Assembly (NCBI GenBank): GCA_046563655.1
Contig: CM102289.1
Coordinates: 6,758,001 to 6,822,000 of the forward strand
DNA length: 64,000 nt
Reading direction: 5' to 3'
Origin: Yuukianura sp. NJ FZ-2021
Taxonomy: Eukaryota
This document shows positions 38,063-51,268 of the stretch, piece after piece (within the stretch, counting starts at the first letter, position 1; every line of letters starts with the position of its first letter). The position numbers were made by a program, and so were the translations under genes. The notes under the pieces are model-generated. The model was not told the DNA's origin and ran no database searches. It saw nothing but the letters and a program-made list of their open reading frames with translations.

Positions 38063-39401
38063 TTAATCTGAAGCCAGTTTTCTTGCCATCAAGAGAAAGT
38101 AGCTGGTTCTTTTAACAATTTTTGTACTTTGAGGATCCGTGGAAACGTCCAAAATCTCCATTATGCTGTAAGAAAAAAAAATATGAGAAATGATGGCTCA
38201 ACTTTGAATTTCCGGGTTTATTTCAATTGTTTATAAAGTTACCTATTCTGCAATTGTTGGATTAGTTCTGCCCCGGCCTTTTCCCCGTGGCTTTTACAAT
38301 ATGCTTGGTAAGCGGACCAAGTTTGAACGTAATTTCCGATGTCAGTGACTGTTGCGTCCGATTCAATGAAAATGGAGTCATCCCTTAATGGAAACATGAA
38401 AAACAGGAAACAAAGAGTTAATGATGGAGAGTTACAAACGAATTCAATGGTTGGTTGATTATGGATATGAACCATTTGCTGACCTCTGAAAATCTTCGTA
38501 AGGAATCACAATGTCCGAGTACCTATTGTCCACTTTCTTTCTTCCCGGATCCCAATAATTCTCGAAATTCACACGGTTGAACTGAAAATATTAAAATATA
38601 TAATAATGGACGAAAATATATTTCCAACTAACGAAATACTTCAGTCACTACCTTTGAAAGTTTGGAATCAGAAATAAGACAAAATGGAACTTTCTATAAA
38701 CTTACATCATCCCAAACCTTTTGTAGCAAAGTGTTTTTATTTTCTGCGTCTTTCGCGCCGCTGCATGCTCTGTATGTGGGAAATGCATATGCAAAAATAG
38801 CCATGACCCCCAACGGACTTAGAACCCGACGTCCTTCATCGAAGAATTTGGGTAGGTCAAACCAGTGTGCAGCCTGTGACACAGTGATCAGCTGGACGGA
38901 GTTGTCCGCCATCGGTATCTTTTCTGCTGGAGTAACCCTGGAATTAGGGAATTTACTGGCTAGCAAACTATGAAACATTGTGATTTGGGTATACACGTTA
39001 GTTTATAACATGAATGTAGTTTTACGATCCAAAGATTCGCGATTACATTACTTGTACGAAACGTTTTGAAATTCGTTGCTCGCAGTAGCTTCCTTAATCA
39101 TGTTCTCGCTAACATCCGTTCCAATTACTTTTGTAAAATAAGGTGCAAAGAAGGTCGTACTCTGTCCAGAACCACATCCGACATCTACGGCTGTTTCTAA
39201 AGGGCCAACAGGCTGCTCCAGAAAAAAAACAAATTAACATCGGTTAGCGAAAATTTAAATCAAGATTCTGAAATTCATTCCAATTTTTACCTTCTCCTTA
39301 AGAAACGACATTATTCTGTTAATTAATTCCGGTGGTGGAACCGGTCGAAACTTTTTGTACAAAAGTGCGTGAGTTTTCCCCTCAAACAACCGATGTGCCA
39401 T
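38063..39401 (-). CDS. Class I SAM-dependent methyltransferase (Methyltransf_11-like), multi-exon
   Basis: MAHRLFEGKTHALLYKKFRP, motif I AVDVGCGSGQST, VIGTDVS, SVQLITVSQAAHWFD..RVLSPLG, YVQTWSAYQAY, YFLLMARK. Confidence 0.9.
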
Positions 39402-40109
39402 TGTCGTAACTTGACAACTCGTAAACAGAGAAAGTGATAGAACAGCAATTAAATTAGTGATAAATTTTAATTAACTTTCTCCAAAAGTGTCACCCCTTCC
39501 TTCCATGTTCTAGAAATGAACTGACACGAGTGACATTGACAGGAACAGCTGATTCCCGCGCTTATACAGAAAATCTCATCGCTGCCCTATTTAAATCTGA
39601 TCTTGCAACATGCTTTTTGAAACACTAAAAAAAATCATTGCCAATTCCCAAAAAAATTACCATTTTTTTTTTCATACATAATACTACTTCACAATTTTCT
39701 TTGGTAGTTAAGATTAAGCATAAAGAATTTTGTGAACAAAATCAATTTGCTTGATTCAGGTCAAAGCACAAAACGTTTATGTAAAGAATATTTTCCTCGG
39801 TTTAGGTTGAATGGGCCCCGTTTGCTGGTATCCAACCGGTTGAATTAAAAAAATTCCTTTTGACAAAATCATATTTGATTGCTATGAAAGCAACTAACAT
39901 GAAGCGAAAGAAACTTTTCTTAGTTCATGCCACACTTTCTGTTGAAGAATTGATAAACTTTGAAAAAGTGTAGATGATTACAAACTTCGAAACTTCCAAA
40001 ATCGTACTCAAAAATTGTATTTACTAAAAATAAAATTGAATTACGTCAATTTACTCGAGATTCCGAAAATAGAGACTCATTTCATTCTAAAAGATCACTG
40101 GAGAAAGTA

Positions 40110-40319
40110 CTAGAAATGTAGAGAATGATCTGAAAAGTGAAAGAAATGTACAGAATGTTCTGGAATGAAAGAGAAGCTTCGAGAATTTAGGTACAATAGA
40201 CGTATGCCGTTATGAGATGGAAGAAACTTCTCAATGTTTGTGGAAAACTCTCATGCCAAATGCATTGGAAGCTTCGCGAAACATCCTGAACTTTCAATGG
40301 ATTTTGGTAGGTATATAAA
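40110..40319 (+). promoter_or_regulatory. hsp70 promoter: clustered heat-shock elements and TATA box
   Basis: nGAAnnTTCnnGAAn at 40152-40166 (agaatgttctggaat), 40172-40186 (agaagcttcgagaat) and 40267-40296 (ggaagcttcgcgaaacatcctgaactttca); TATATAAA at 40312-40319. Confidence 0.88.
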
Positions 40320-40536
40320 CCCCAGCCGATTCCCCGTCATCCAACTCACTTTAACACAAAACACAAGCAAATCAGAAAGAAACAAAGCGAAACCAACGCT
40401 TTCCAAACTAAAACTCTCTGAAAAAGAAAGTTACTATTCAAATTCAAGCGAATTTTTAAATCTTACTGTTGTGAAGTTTTCAAGAATTATTATTGTTCAG
40501 TGTTTCTATTCAAGTTAAATTGTGACAACAAGCAAA

Positions 40537-42549
40537 ATGGTAGCCCTTTCTAAAGCCCCTGCTATTGGAATTGACTTGGGCACGACATACTCGTGCGTCG
40601 GTGTCTGGCAACACGGAAAAGTGGAAATCATCGCCAATGACCAGGGTAACAGAACCACACCCAGCTATGTCGCTTTCACCGACACAGAGCGACTCATCGG
40701 TGACGCTGCCAAGAACCAAGTTGCCATGAATCCAAAAAACACAATTTTTGATGCTAAAAGGTAAGTTTTGTTCTAAAAAAAAAACTAAAAAGTTGTAATT
40801 TTGATGAAAACTAAAATCAGTTGAACTAATGTTTTGTTTTTGAATTGCAGATTGATTGGACGAAAATATGACGATCCGAAGATCCAAGGCGACATGAAGC
40901 ACTGGCCATTCAAATTGCGAAATGTTGCATCCAAACCAGTTTTTGAAGTGGAATTCAAAGGAGAAACGAAGACGTTTTCACCAGAAGAAATCAGTTCCAT
41001 GGTCCTTGTCAAAATGAAGGAAACTGCCGAGGCTTTTCTGGGTCAACAGGTCAAGGACGCTGTCATCACCGTTCCAGCCTACTTCAACGACTCACAGCGC
41101 CAAGCCACAAAAGACGCTGGAGCCATCGCTGGACTCAATGTCCTTCGAATCATCAATGAGCCTACTGCGGCTGCCCTAGCTTATGGACTGGACAAGAATC
41201 TCCAAGGGGAACGAAACGTTCTGATCTTTGACCTCGGAGGTGGAACTTTTGACGTCTCCATTCTGACTATTGACGACGGATCACTTTTTTCAGTCCGTGC
41301 AACTGCAGGAGACACGCATCTTGGTGGAGAGGACTTTGACAACCGATTGGTCAACCACTTCGTGGATGAATTCAAACGGAAATACAAGAAAGACATCAGC
41401 TCAAACGTCCGAGCTATTCGACGTCTGCGCACTGCCTGCGAACGGGCCAAACGAACTCTGTCATCTAACGCAGAAGCAAGCATTGAAATTGACGCCCTTC
41501 ACGAAGGAGTTGACTTCTACTCCAAAATTTCCCGCGCCAGATTTGAAGAACTTTGCTTGGACCTGTTTCGGTCAACAATGGAACCAGTAGAGAAGGCTCT
41601 CAAAGATGCCAAAATGGACAAAGGTCAAATCCATGACATCGTTCTTGTTGGCGGGTCAACTCGAATTCCCAAAGTTCAAAAACTGCTTCAAGACTTCTTC
41701 AATGGCAAAGAATTGAACAAATCCATCAATCCTGATGAAGCCGTTGCCTACGGTGCAGCAGTACAAGGAGCCATTTTGAGCGGTGACAACTCGGCTTCAC
41801 TTCAACAAGTCCTGCTGGTTGACGTTGCTCCACTTTCACTTGGAATCGAAACTGCTGGTGGAGTCATGACAAAGATCGTTGAACGCAACTGCAAAATTCC
41901 AGCTAAACAGTCCCAGACGTTCACTACTTACTCTGACAACCAACCGGCAGTGACCATTCAAGTATTTGAGGGTGAACGAGCCATGACCAAGGACAACAAT
42001 TTACTTGGCACTTTCAACCTCACGGGAATTCCACCAGCTCCACGCGGAGTTCCACAAATCGAAGTTTCTTTTGACATTGACGCCAATGGAATTTTGAATG
42101 TATCCGCCAAGGATTCGAGTACCGGCAAATCCGAAAAGATTACTATTCGGAACGACAAGGGAAGACTCAGCAAGGAACAAATTGAAAAGATGGTTGCGGA
42201 TGCTGAGAAGTATCGAGCGGAAGACGAGAAGCAACAAGAGAAAGTCGCTGCTCGAAATAAATTGGAATCGTATATATTCGGAGTCAAACAAGCAGCGGAA
42301 GAGGCTTCGGCGGACAAATTGACTGAATCGGAGAAACGCGAAGTTGGGTCAAAGTGCTCCGAAGTTCTCAAATGGCTGGACAACAACCTTTTGGCAGACA
42401 AGGAAGAGTACGATGACAAATTGACTGAAATCCAGAAATATTGTGCTCCATTCATGACGAAATTGCATGGAGGTCAGCAGAATGGAGGTCAACGACCCAA
42501 AGCTAATGGACATTCTGGATCTGGCCCTACCGTAGAAGAAGTAGACTAA
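40537..42549 (+). CDS. hsp70: Cytosolic heat shock protein 70, inducible type; one intron at 40761-40850
   Basis: [22 protein letters not shown] and [14 protein letters not shown] signatures; C-terminal [12 protein letters not shown] intron within DAKR|LIG. Confidence 0.98.
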
Positions 42550-42946
42550 AATTTTCAAAAAATAATTGTTTAGAATCTAGATTTTAGATTTTAGTCACAA
42601 AATATTCAGTAAGCGCAACTTTTAGTAGTGATTTTCTACTTAACTTATCCTCTCGCAGCGTTTTCAAGTTAAGTACAAACGCAGAGGCATTTGCTGTATA
42701 CATTTTACTTACTACTTGTTAAAATATAATTAATATTTAAGTATTCAATTAATTACGACATTTAAAACAAAAATAAAAACTCATAGTTCAAAAAATTGCT
42801 CTTGGTCTTATTGTTGGTCTAATTTTTTTTAATCTAATTTTCAATATTTCCACCAAACAAGCAAATCTAACTTCTTTCTTTTTTTCATTTTTCGATACAA
42901 TTTTCTTCTACAATTTTTTAGGCAATTCCTCTTCACCTTAATTTGT

Positions 42947-45247
42947 TTACCTCCAGCGATGGAATTTAGAAGGTTGTACCAACTCCATTTTCAAAATGTT
43001 GATTTTCGTTTTTCTGTGTTGATTCAAAATTTCGATTGCTAAAACTACAAATGGTGCTAGAATTCCAAAAAGTAAAATTGAAAATGGTTTGACAACTTCT
43101 TCAAGTTGAAACGACACTGCAGCCTCCTTCGCTTTGCAACTTGGACTAAACACTTCAGCGTCAGCCTTTTCTCGATTTTTTATCAAACTGTCCACTCCAC
43201 GTTCCTTCATCGCCACTCTCCTAAAACAAACAAGAAAAATGTTTGACAACTTGTCAAAGTCCAAAATTCAAATGTAAAAAGTAGAGCTGCTTTTGCCAAA
43301 GTTCAATTTTACTACTTACGCTATTTTGAAAAACTCAGAATACGGCGACTCTTTCTTGAAAATAACTGAAAAGCGCACTGTATTCTCCGTGATTAGTAGA
43401 CTTTTCAGTTCTTTGCAAATTCGTTCCGATGTCCAGACATTTCGAAGGTCCTCGGCTGCCTGGATAAAGTTTGTCAACGGTGGCCCAATGAATCCATATC
43501 GTGGTGTTTTAAGAAAATACTGAATTCCATCGGCAGCCGAAAGGAGAGGGTATTTCGGATCCAAGTTGTTAAATACTTCGGCGTTCAAAACGTCTGAACA
43601 GAACTCATACCGTTCAGCGAGATTGTTAGATTCCTAAAATAAACCAAACATTTTTTCAGCTTTTGAAGAAAAGTTGGCTGCAAATCCACTTACCGGATTC
43701 TTTTCACTTGTGATTAGGAATGAATTATTTGCAATGCCAAAGGTATACTTTTTCTGAACCAAGTCGGACACAGTATATTCCTTTTGCGTTCCAACCGAAA
43801 GTGAGGAAATGAGGCTACTGCAAAACATGGTGTACAGAATCAGGCAGAGGGCACTCATGGTCAAGGTCAAAAACCTCTGCGATGTTTTAGGAGGTTCAAT
43901 ATTTTGCCAATCTGACAAAAAAAAATTTATGATATTCTTTGGAAAAAAATTGAAATTTCAGAAAGTTTTTTTCAGTATACTTTGTTGGGTAACAATTGCC
44001 ACTGTCCATATGAACGCGTCAATCCGATTGGTAGATGAGGCCATAATGGCGCGGGAAATTAAACAAATGAATATGAATATGGCAATCCGTATCCAACTCG
44101 TCAAAGTAAAGATATCTCCATATGGATTCAAAATGGCTCGTTTTTCCATTCCGTAGACAATTGTTGCTCTAATTTCAGAAATCGACAACTTTCTATTCAA
44201 GTTTGAATTGTAAACAACAAATTATCTACTGTTAGAGTATACGATTTGTTTTTTACCGACGGGAAGCCGAATGTGGTGTTACAAAACGTAACTTTTTAAA
44301 AGTTCCTGAATTCAAAGGTAAACTTCGAATTCCAAAGTCCGCAATTTCTGATTCCACTTGTTTTTCCACTGATTTCCAAAACGGAATTTTTGTGACGTTC
44401 GTTCCAGTATCTGCTGGCGCATTGCCATACCCAGAAGGACCGATAGTTTGGATGCTAATTAATTCAAATGCTTTTAGATATTCAAAATTTCTAGAAAAAT
44501 TTTTTTTGGAAGTTTTCAAATTCTGAATCTCGTGTGGTAGCATTTAATATTGATGGATTGCTTTACCTAAAATTGACATAGTCTTGGACGTAAGCCAGGA
44601 TTTTATAGTCCAGTCCAACTTGAGGTCCGCGTGTAGCCAACGTTTGGCTTCCTCGGGTAGAGTAAAAATTTTGAAAATCCTAAAGGGTCAAATTATGTGA
44701 CATTTTATTTAATTTGAAGATCAGAAATTTTGACGTTATAACTTACCAAATGACTTCCGATGAACCGGGCTCCGTAAAAATTCACTTTTGGTTTTGCTAA
44801 AAATTTGGTTAGAGGAGTCAGTATGACCTCTTGCCCTCGAAATTGTACTTCCAATAAGATGTTTTCAGAGGTCACCAGGACAAAAATTTCAAACATTAAT
44901 ATTCTGCTGAATTTGAAAGTTTTGAAAGCGTCTTGTAGCTTCGAAGTGTCTTCTGCCCAGATCAAGCAAGTAAGTGGGCGTGGGCCTGGTTTCGATTTTA
45001 ACCAATCAGATAGCGAGTTGAGAAATACTTTTGGATGAAAAGTTTGAAGAATCAACATATCTGTAGACTGAAAATTTGACCTCAAATTTTCAAAATTTGA
45101 AAACGAAAATTGGTATTGAGGAAAATCTGTAGTTGGATAAATTGTTGTAGTCAAATTGACAGAAACAACATGAATGCTTGGATACCAAGCGATTCTTCCA
45201 TACTGTTGCAACAATAACAGAAATTGTTTTAGAAATGACCAGTTCAT
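42947..45247 (-). CDS. Divergent ionotropic receptor (IR/iGluR-like chemoreceptor), multi-exon
   Basis: S1-like segment (ESEIADFGI..KLRFVTP), PYGDIFTLTSW..M1, pore FIWTVAIVTQQ, PKTSQRFL..LILYTMFCSSLISSLS (M2), FKKESPYSEFF, MKERG, FQLEEVVKPFSILLFG..VLAIE (M3). Confidence 0.8.
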
Positions 45248-45868
45248 TTTTGTTGGTGTGGTGTCTAATTTTCAAAAGTTCGTGCCCAACTGCTTGATGG
45301 GTTTTTCTTGCTTCAACTAAATACGAAAGAAACTAAAATGAAATTGAAATGAAACATAAAGCTTAATAGTTTTTGTAAGTAAGTGGAAGTTAAACACCTC
45401 ATTTGCGTTTATATGTTGAGTTGACATTCATTTGTTTCATGTTACGTTTTTATGACCCATGTTTGACACACATTGGCAAACTAAGTTGTCGATAACTTTC
45501 GTTGTTGACACCAATTTTTCCAGAATTGTCTTAAATTTGGAGAACCCGTGTGGAAAATGAGCAGCCTTGAAGCAAACTTCTAAAAAATGACGTACATTAA
45601 ACAGTTTCAAAAAATTTAATCAATATAAGGAGGGATGGAGCACTTTAGTATACTTTCGTTTTGGCATGAAATTTTTTTAGGCTTTTCAAAATTTTGAATT
45701 ATTTAATTCTTCTTCGTTATGTGAAGTAAAACATTAGGAAGTTCATTTGGCATATACTTTTGTCATAATACCCTATGTTTTTTTCAAATCCTTCAAGGTT
45801 TTTATTTCCATGATTTGCTAACAAATGCTACTTTCATTTCGGTTTGAATTTTAGCTCCGACTGGAACG

Positions 45869-47216
45869 ATGCCGCTACTGTCCAAGGAACTTCGATTTTG
45901 CTTTCGCTGGCTTCTTTCAATTTCATATTTCTTCCGGGTTGTTCCCATTAAATGGAAAGACTCTTCATCGTTGACCCTTGTGTACAGCACAGGAGAAAGG
46001 CGTTGGAGTCTACGCAATTGGAACATCGTCTTTCTTGTGACAATTCTGCACCAAATTTTTTTGACACATCGAATTTTTGACGCCATTTTGAACGACGAAA
46101 CCAATCGTGGCGTTCCCTCAGCCAAAATTATTAAAGTCATTTACTACATTTCCTATCTCATCATTCTCCTATTTCAAACTTTATATTTTATTCATGGACA
46201 CCAAATCGTGGAATTTTCAAATCATTTTTGGCAATTTTATACCAAATTTGGTAACAGACATTGAATTGAACTTTTTCTTAATAAAAAAAAAACTACTAAC
46301 TCTAAAACCATTTTTCGTACTTTAGACTCTTTGATGAAGCAAAATTGTAAGATGAGGTGGCAATGGGAATTAGAATTTCTGACATTTGGATTAGTCGGTT
46401 TAGTTTTTGCAATTCCACTTTCGATTTTTGCAGTTTATGTTAGACTGCCTTATTCAAAATTTTTAATTACTTCAGTAATTATGAACGCTGCGGACTACTC
46501 CGCTCCTATTCGCGTCATCATTGCATTTCCATCGGCTCTACTTATCTTCGTCCTATTCTTCACCCTTGTAACTACGTTCGTCATTGTCGTTCCGCCTATC
46601 TATGTTTTCTTATTTACGATACCACAATTAAGGTAGAAAAAGCAACAACTTTAGAATTAGGCACGAAAGAAAAAATATTAATATTATTTATGGTTGTTTT
46701 AGCCGAAAAACTTCGCCTTTTACGGAAAATGAACTCCGCTACTTCAAAAATGTCTTCGCGTTCTACAGAATTCTACAAATTCTGATGCGAGAAACGGAAA
46801 TTTTCACTGGATTCTTTATTTTTTGCTTACAACATTTGTTAGTTGCAAACAGTGTAATTAGTAGCGTTACATTAATAGTGTATCACTCAAAACTCCTCCC
46901 AGAATTTTTCTTTGTTACGTCTTTAGTAGCAACTACTTGTTCAATTCTTGTGTTGATGATTCACATCAAATTTGGTGAAACTAACGCATATTCGAAAAGC
47001 GTCATTCAATCTTGGAAGAAAGGAGTAAACCACGGTGACCTTGACCCCGGAAGCACCAAAGTTGAAATCCCATTAATGAAGAAGTCGCTCAGGTCATTCC
47101 CAGTATTCAAATTTCAATTTGCCTCCACCGGATACATTACGAGAGGCAGCTCGTTGGGCCTTATTCGGAAACTTACTGTGTACACGGTCAAATGTGTTTT
47201 GTTCGTTCGAAAATAA
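45869..47216 (+). CDS. GR/OR-superfamily-like multi-pass chemoreceptor (3 exons)
   Basis: About 400 aa with several hydrophobic helices, an N-terminal VPIKW motif, YRILQILM, and a C-terminal SKSVIQSWK..KSLRSFPVFKFQFASTGYITRGSSLGLIRKLTVYTVKCVL resembling the conserved tail of arthropod GR/OR proteins. Confidence 0.65.
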
Positions 47217-47405
47217 GTCACAGTATGACAATCTAATTGTATCTTTTGCAAATTATAATGTACACACAAACACATTGTAATCACAAAAGTTTAATCAAAA
47301 TATTAACATTTTTTTTTACCACAATTAGCACAACTAACCACAAATAAAATAAGTTAGATTTTAAATTCAGCACAAAGTTTTTCTAGAGAAAACCAGCAGC
47401 CAGCT

Positions 47406-50400
47406 CTATTCCGGTTCCAATTCATTAAGTCTTGTTTGCACCCAATTACTGAAGCTTCGTACTTTGGTAAACACTGCGTATGTCTCATGGTTGCAAATTA
47501 AAGTAGAATAAGGTGAAGCATGACCGTGACTAACAACTCCCTTAATAAACCAAATGATTATGCACAATTACAATTTCGAAGGTAATTTATTTTGATAAAA
47601 AAATATTTCACCTGAACTATGAACCGGTTTGTGTATCCAGTACCCACCGAAAAGTACAATCCAGACCCACTATCCCCGTTGCAAACTGCTGTACCTGTTT
47701 TACAGGTGGAAAATGATATTTAAAAAAAGCACAACACTAACTACATCTTGAAAGCAATTCTACCGTTTGTAAAACCAGCACAAAATTGGGATGCTGATGG
47801 TATTCTACCGAGACCTCGAGCGCAATCCCGATGCGAAACAACAGGAAGTTTTGCTTCTCGTAAATTCGTCGACGGCATGCCAGTTTCATCGATACCGAAT
47901 CCCACGGTCTACAGATTGTCAAACACAAGAAAATTTTTTTGAAAACAGGATTTTTAGACAACTGAAGTATGCGAACCTGTCCAAGAGTCCCAGGACTCAA
48001 TTGCAAAAGTTCAATTTCTTCATTTTCTTTATTTTGAAATGGAAAGCACACTGGTTTGACGTAATCCGACAGTTCCACTGGAAATTCTAGTTGCAGCAGT
48101 GCAATATCAGATTCAAAAGTAAGCCCGCTGTACAATTCCGGAACTAAAATGGACTTGACCTGAAACAAATTAGCGTGACCTCTGACCTGAAAATTTTACA
48201 GTTTTTGATAGTACGGGCTTACGTAAAATAGGTTAGACTTTGAAACTGGGTCAATTAGATTTTTGGTGTAGTTGCTGCTGATACTTGCAAGTACAACTCG
48301 AAAACTCCCTTTGTCTGATATGTTCGAAGTTCCCTTTTCAGTAACGCAGTGAGCTGCCGTTAGAATCACAGATTTTGAAATCAGCGATCCACCACAAACG
48401 TAGCGGGTGTCGTGCCCAACTTTTTTGAAAATCGTAGCATGCCATGGCCACGAAATCCGATCAGACACAGTTCCATTGACAATGTAAGACTTCCTAGCTA
48501 TTGCCGAAATCCCACACTCTGTAATATAAAATTTAGATTGAGTTGCTTGAAATTTTCATAAGTTGTGACTTTTAACTTTTAAATGCAAAAACCTAAGGTA
48601 CAAGTCAATTCCTTCGCGTGTGACCAAGTGCCGTTAGGTTGACAATGTCGCTTCACCGAAGATGGCCCCAAACCCGGTATATAATGCATCGTGCACTGCG
48701 CAGTCGTAACAGTACCGACGACGCCACCATTTGAACAGTCGTCAACGTCTTCATAGTCGTCGTGCTGGCAAGTTTGCATAACTCCCTGTTTTAACAAAGT
48801 CAAAGTATTTTAATAGAAGAAAAGTTTTCAAAAAAAGTTTGTGAAGAGCTTTTATTACTGTTTTAGGTTGAGGCAGTTGTGGACATCTTACGATCGGTTT
48901 CCTCCCAATTTCATAAACTACTTCTGAGTCGACCTCGGGATTGATGACTTTTGGCGTTGACCTCTCCGTTGATGTTGTGGTAGTAGGTTTACGTGTCGAC
49001 AGAGGAAATCTTGTTGGAAGGACACCATAAAATGGAGTCGCGTTTGAATCATGCTTTCTGTGAGGCGGTTTCGTGGTGGTCGGTTCGAAACGTTTCTCGG
49101 TTTCGCTGTTTGGAAACAGCTCGGCGTCACTTGGGCGTGGAGTGTGATAATTTGGAACAAGAAATGGTTCCGGAGTAAGCGGTTCGCGCTCTTTCGGGAA
49201 GTTTGGTGTTCTGGTGGTCACTGCATGACCTCGGTCATCTAACGCTGGTGTCTCCTCAGTGTTCAAGAGAACTTCGTCAGTTTCGTCGTTAATTGGCGGC
49301 TCTCGCGCAAGTTCTTTGTCAATCCAGGTTCTAACGGACGCTATATCTGTGAATCGTAGATCTGCGTTGCAATCCACAACTCGCGGTCCTGGAAATGAGG
49401 ATTCTTTTTTCTGTGAACCTGAACCTACTCCTTTTATAGTCCAAATTCCAGTTTCTTCCTGAACGACAAAAATACCAACGCCAATCGTCTTACAAGTTGA
49501 ACTGTCATCAGACGCGGCGTGTATATCTGCGCACACATGCTGGTCGCTTTCTTTCGAAAACATTTTTTGGCGACATTCTTTGATTTTTACTGGAGTTGGT
49601 TCTAAGTGTCCATACTCGTCCATTACCTCAATCTAGAACACAGTGTTGATGATATTTTTGATATTTAACAACAAACTGATTGCCAATTACCAGTCCAGTA
49701 GACGCTTCTGCTACATTGAAGAGACAAACTGGAACACGGTAAGCTTCCAATTTCACTGGCTACAGTTTTTTGTTAAAGTTATGTTGAAGTCGGTAAAGAA
49801 GTTTAAGGTTTTCCAAAAAAAAAATTATGCTTTACGTGTTTTAGCCATATGATGGCCAAATTTTTTGAGAAAGTTTGATGATTATACTGCGGATGTACAA
49901 CAGTTTTTTTCAGATCCACCAATCTCGTGCTGGAGGCCATTGCTCGGATAGTACCATCAATATTAAATTCCGTAGTTCTATCAAAAATTCTGAAATTGAT
50001 GTCTTCAATCCGACGTTCTATTTTCGAATTGGGAAGAGTCACACACTGAGCAACTATAAACAAAATTTAAAATTTACAATTTACAAATTAACTTTCAAAA
50101 TTACGAGTAAATCTACCCGTCAGGATTGCACGAGGTGAAATAAGAGTTCCTTGACATAAATACTCAAATCCCTCTGTCTTCGAAGTAGATGCAACTTCCT
50201 TGCCATAAATTTCAACAGTCCATGGAAAATCTTGGTTTTGATAGGAGTCTCCATTTTTGTGCCAAAGTCCACATTTCGGAACACAATCAAAATGACTTTC
50301 TTCTCTTAGCCAATGGCCGTTCACACAAACTTGTTTGACGGTGATAGCAGAATCTGTTTTGTGTCGCCAAAATTTGTCGCATCTGCAAATGAGAAACTGT

Positions 50401-50736
50401 GTTAACTTTTGTTTCTTAAATAGTGCTGGAAGAATCCTTAGGAGTTTTACCTGAATGATGCTACGGAATATTCTTGTGATTCATGCAGTGTACATTCAAT
50501 CTTTTGCTTTGGTTGAATCGGATGATGACAATGTACGACTTGACCATTTTCGGTATTAATTTTTGGACAAAATGATCCAACTTCTGAACCTATTTTTTTC
50601 TAAATTACAAATAAACTAATAATAATAAATATTATAAAAGTGTAAAACTCTTACCGTGATGAGTTCCAATTCCTTGTGTTAACCAAACATAAAATTGGAG
50701 TAAAATAAAAATATTTACCTTTGCAATATTGAACAT
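47406..50736 (-). CDS. Modular serine protease-like: signal peptide, CCP, inactive SP homolog, Pro/Thr linker, CCP, active S1 protease
   Basis: The second domain has SY|IVNG, TAAHC, DIALL and VCNGDSGSG. The first has FPWTVEIY..LCQGTLISPRAILTVAQC, KNLAII and TCKTIGVG (triad lost). A sushi-like C..C..C..G.W..C module precedes each. Confidence 0.8.
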
Positions 50737-51268
50737 AACTAACACGCTTAAACACAACTAACTCTGAACAAATTTAATTAGCAGTAATTCCAAATTACTC
50801 CACTAGTTTTGAGTCACTAAAAATCACACATCTTCGCTAAAGAATTTTTAGCTGAGCCTGAGCCACTTTGTTTACAAGTTAATCCGTTTTTGCAAAAGTT
50901 GGAAAACGAGTTTTCTGTAACCTGTTGTCATTGAATAAATGTACTTGAAAATTTTATCAATTCTTTTCTTTTACATGGAAATTCATTTGCTTTTGAAATT
51001 GGAGAATGTTACGTCCATACAATATGTAATACGACGCAAGCGGAAATACCCCCTGAAGATTTAAAGTTTAGCCAAATTACTTTTGAAGTTGATTTAAAAA
51101 TTTTCGAGTATTTTTATTCGAAGGTATGAAAAATTTGGAATTTTGGTATCAACGAACTGTGGATCGCTAACTAAAAATTTGGATTAGGCATTAATGCTTC
51201 TCGACGTGGCGATTTGTGTTTTGCTAATTGTCGAGCTTCGTGGAATTTGGATGAAGTTGATTCTTCGA

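Noticed and set aside
41181..42558. Long antisense ORFs over hsp70
   Set aside because: Antisense open frames over hsp70 are a known by-product of codon usage; there is no independent evidence of a gene.
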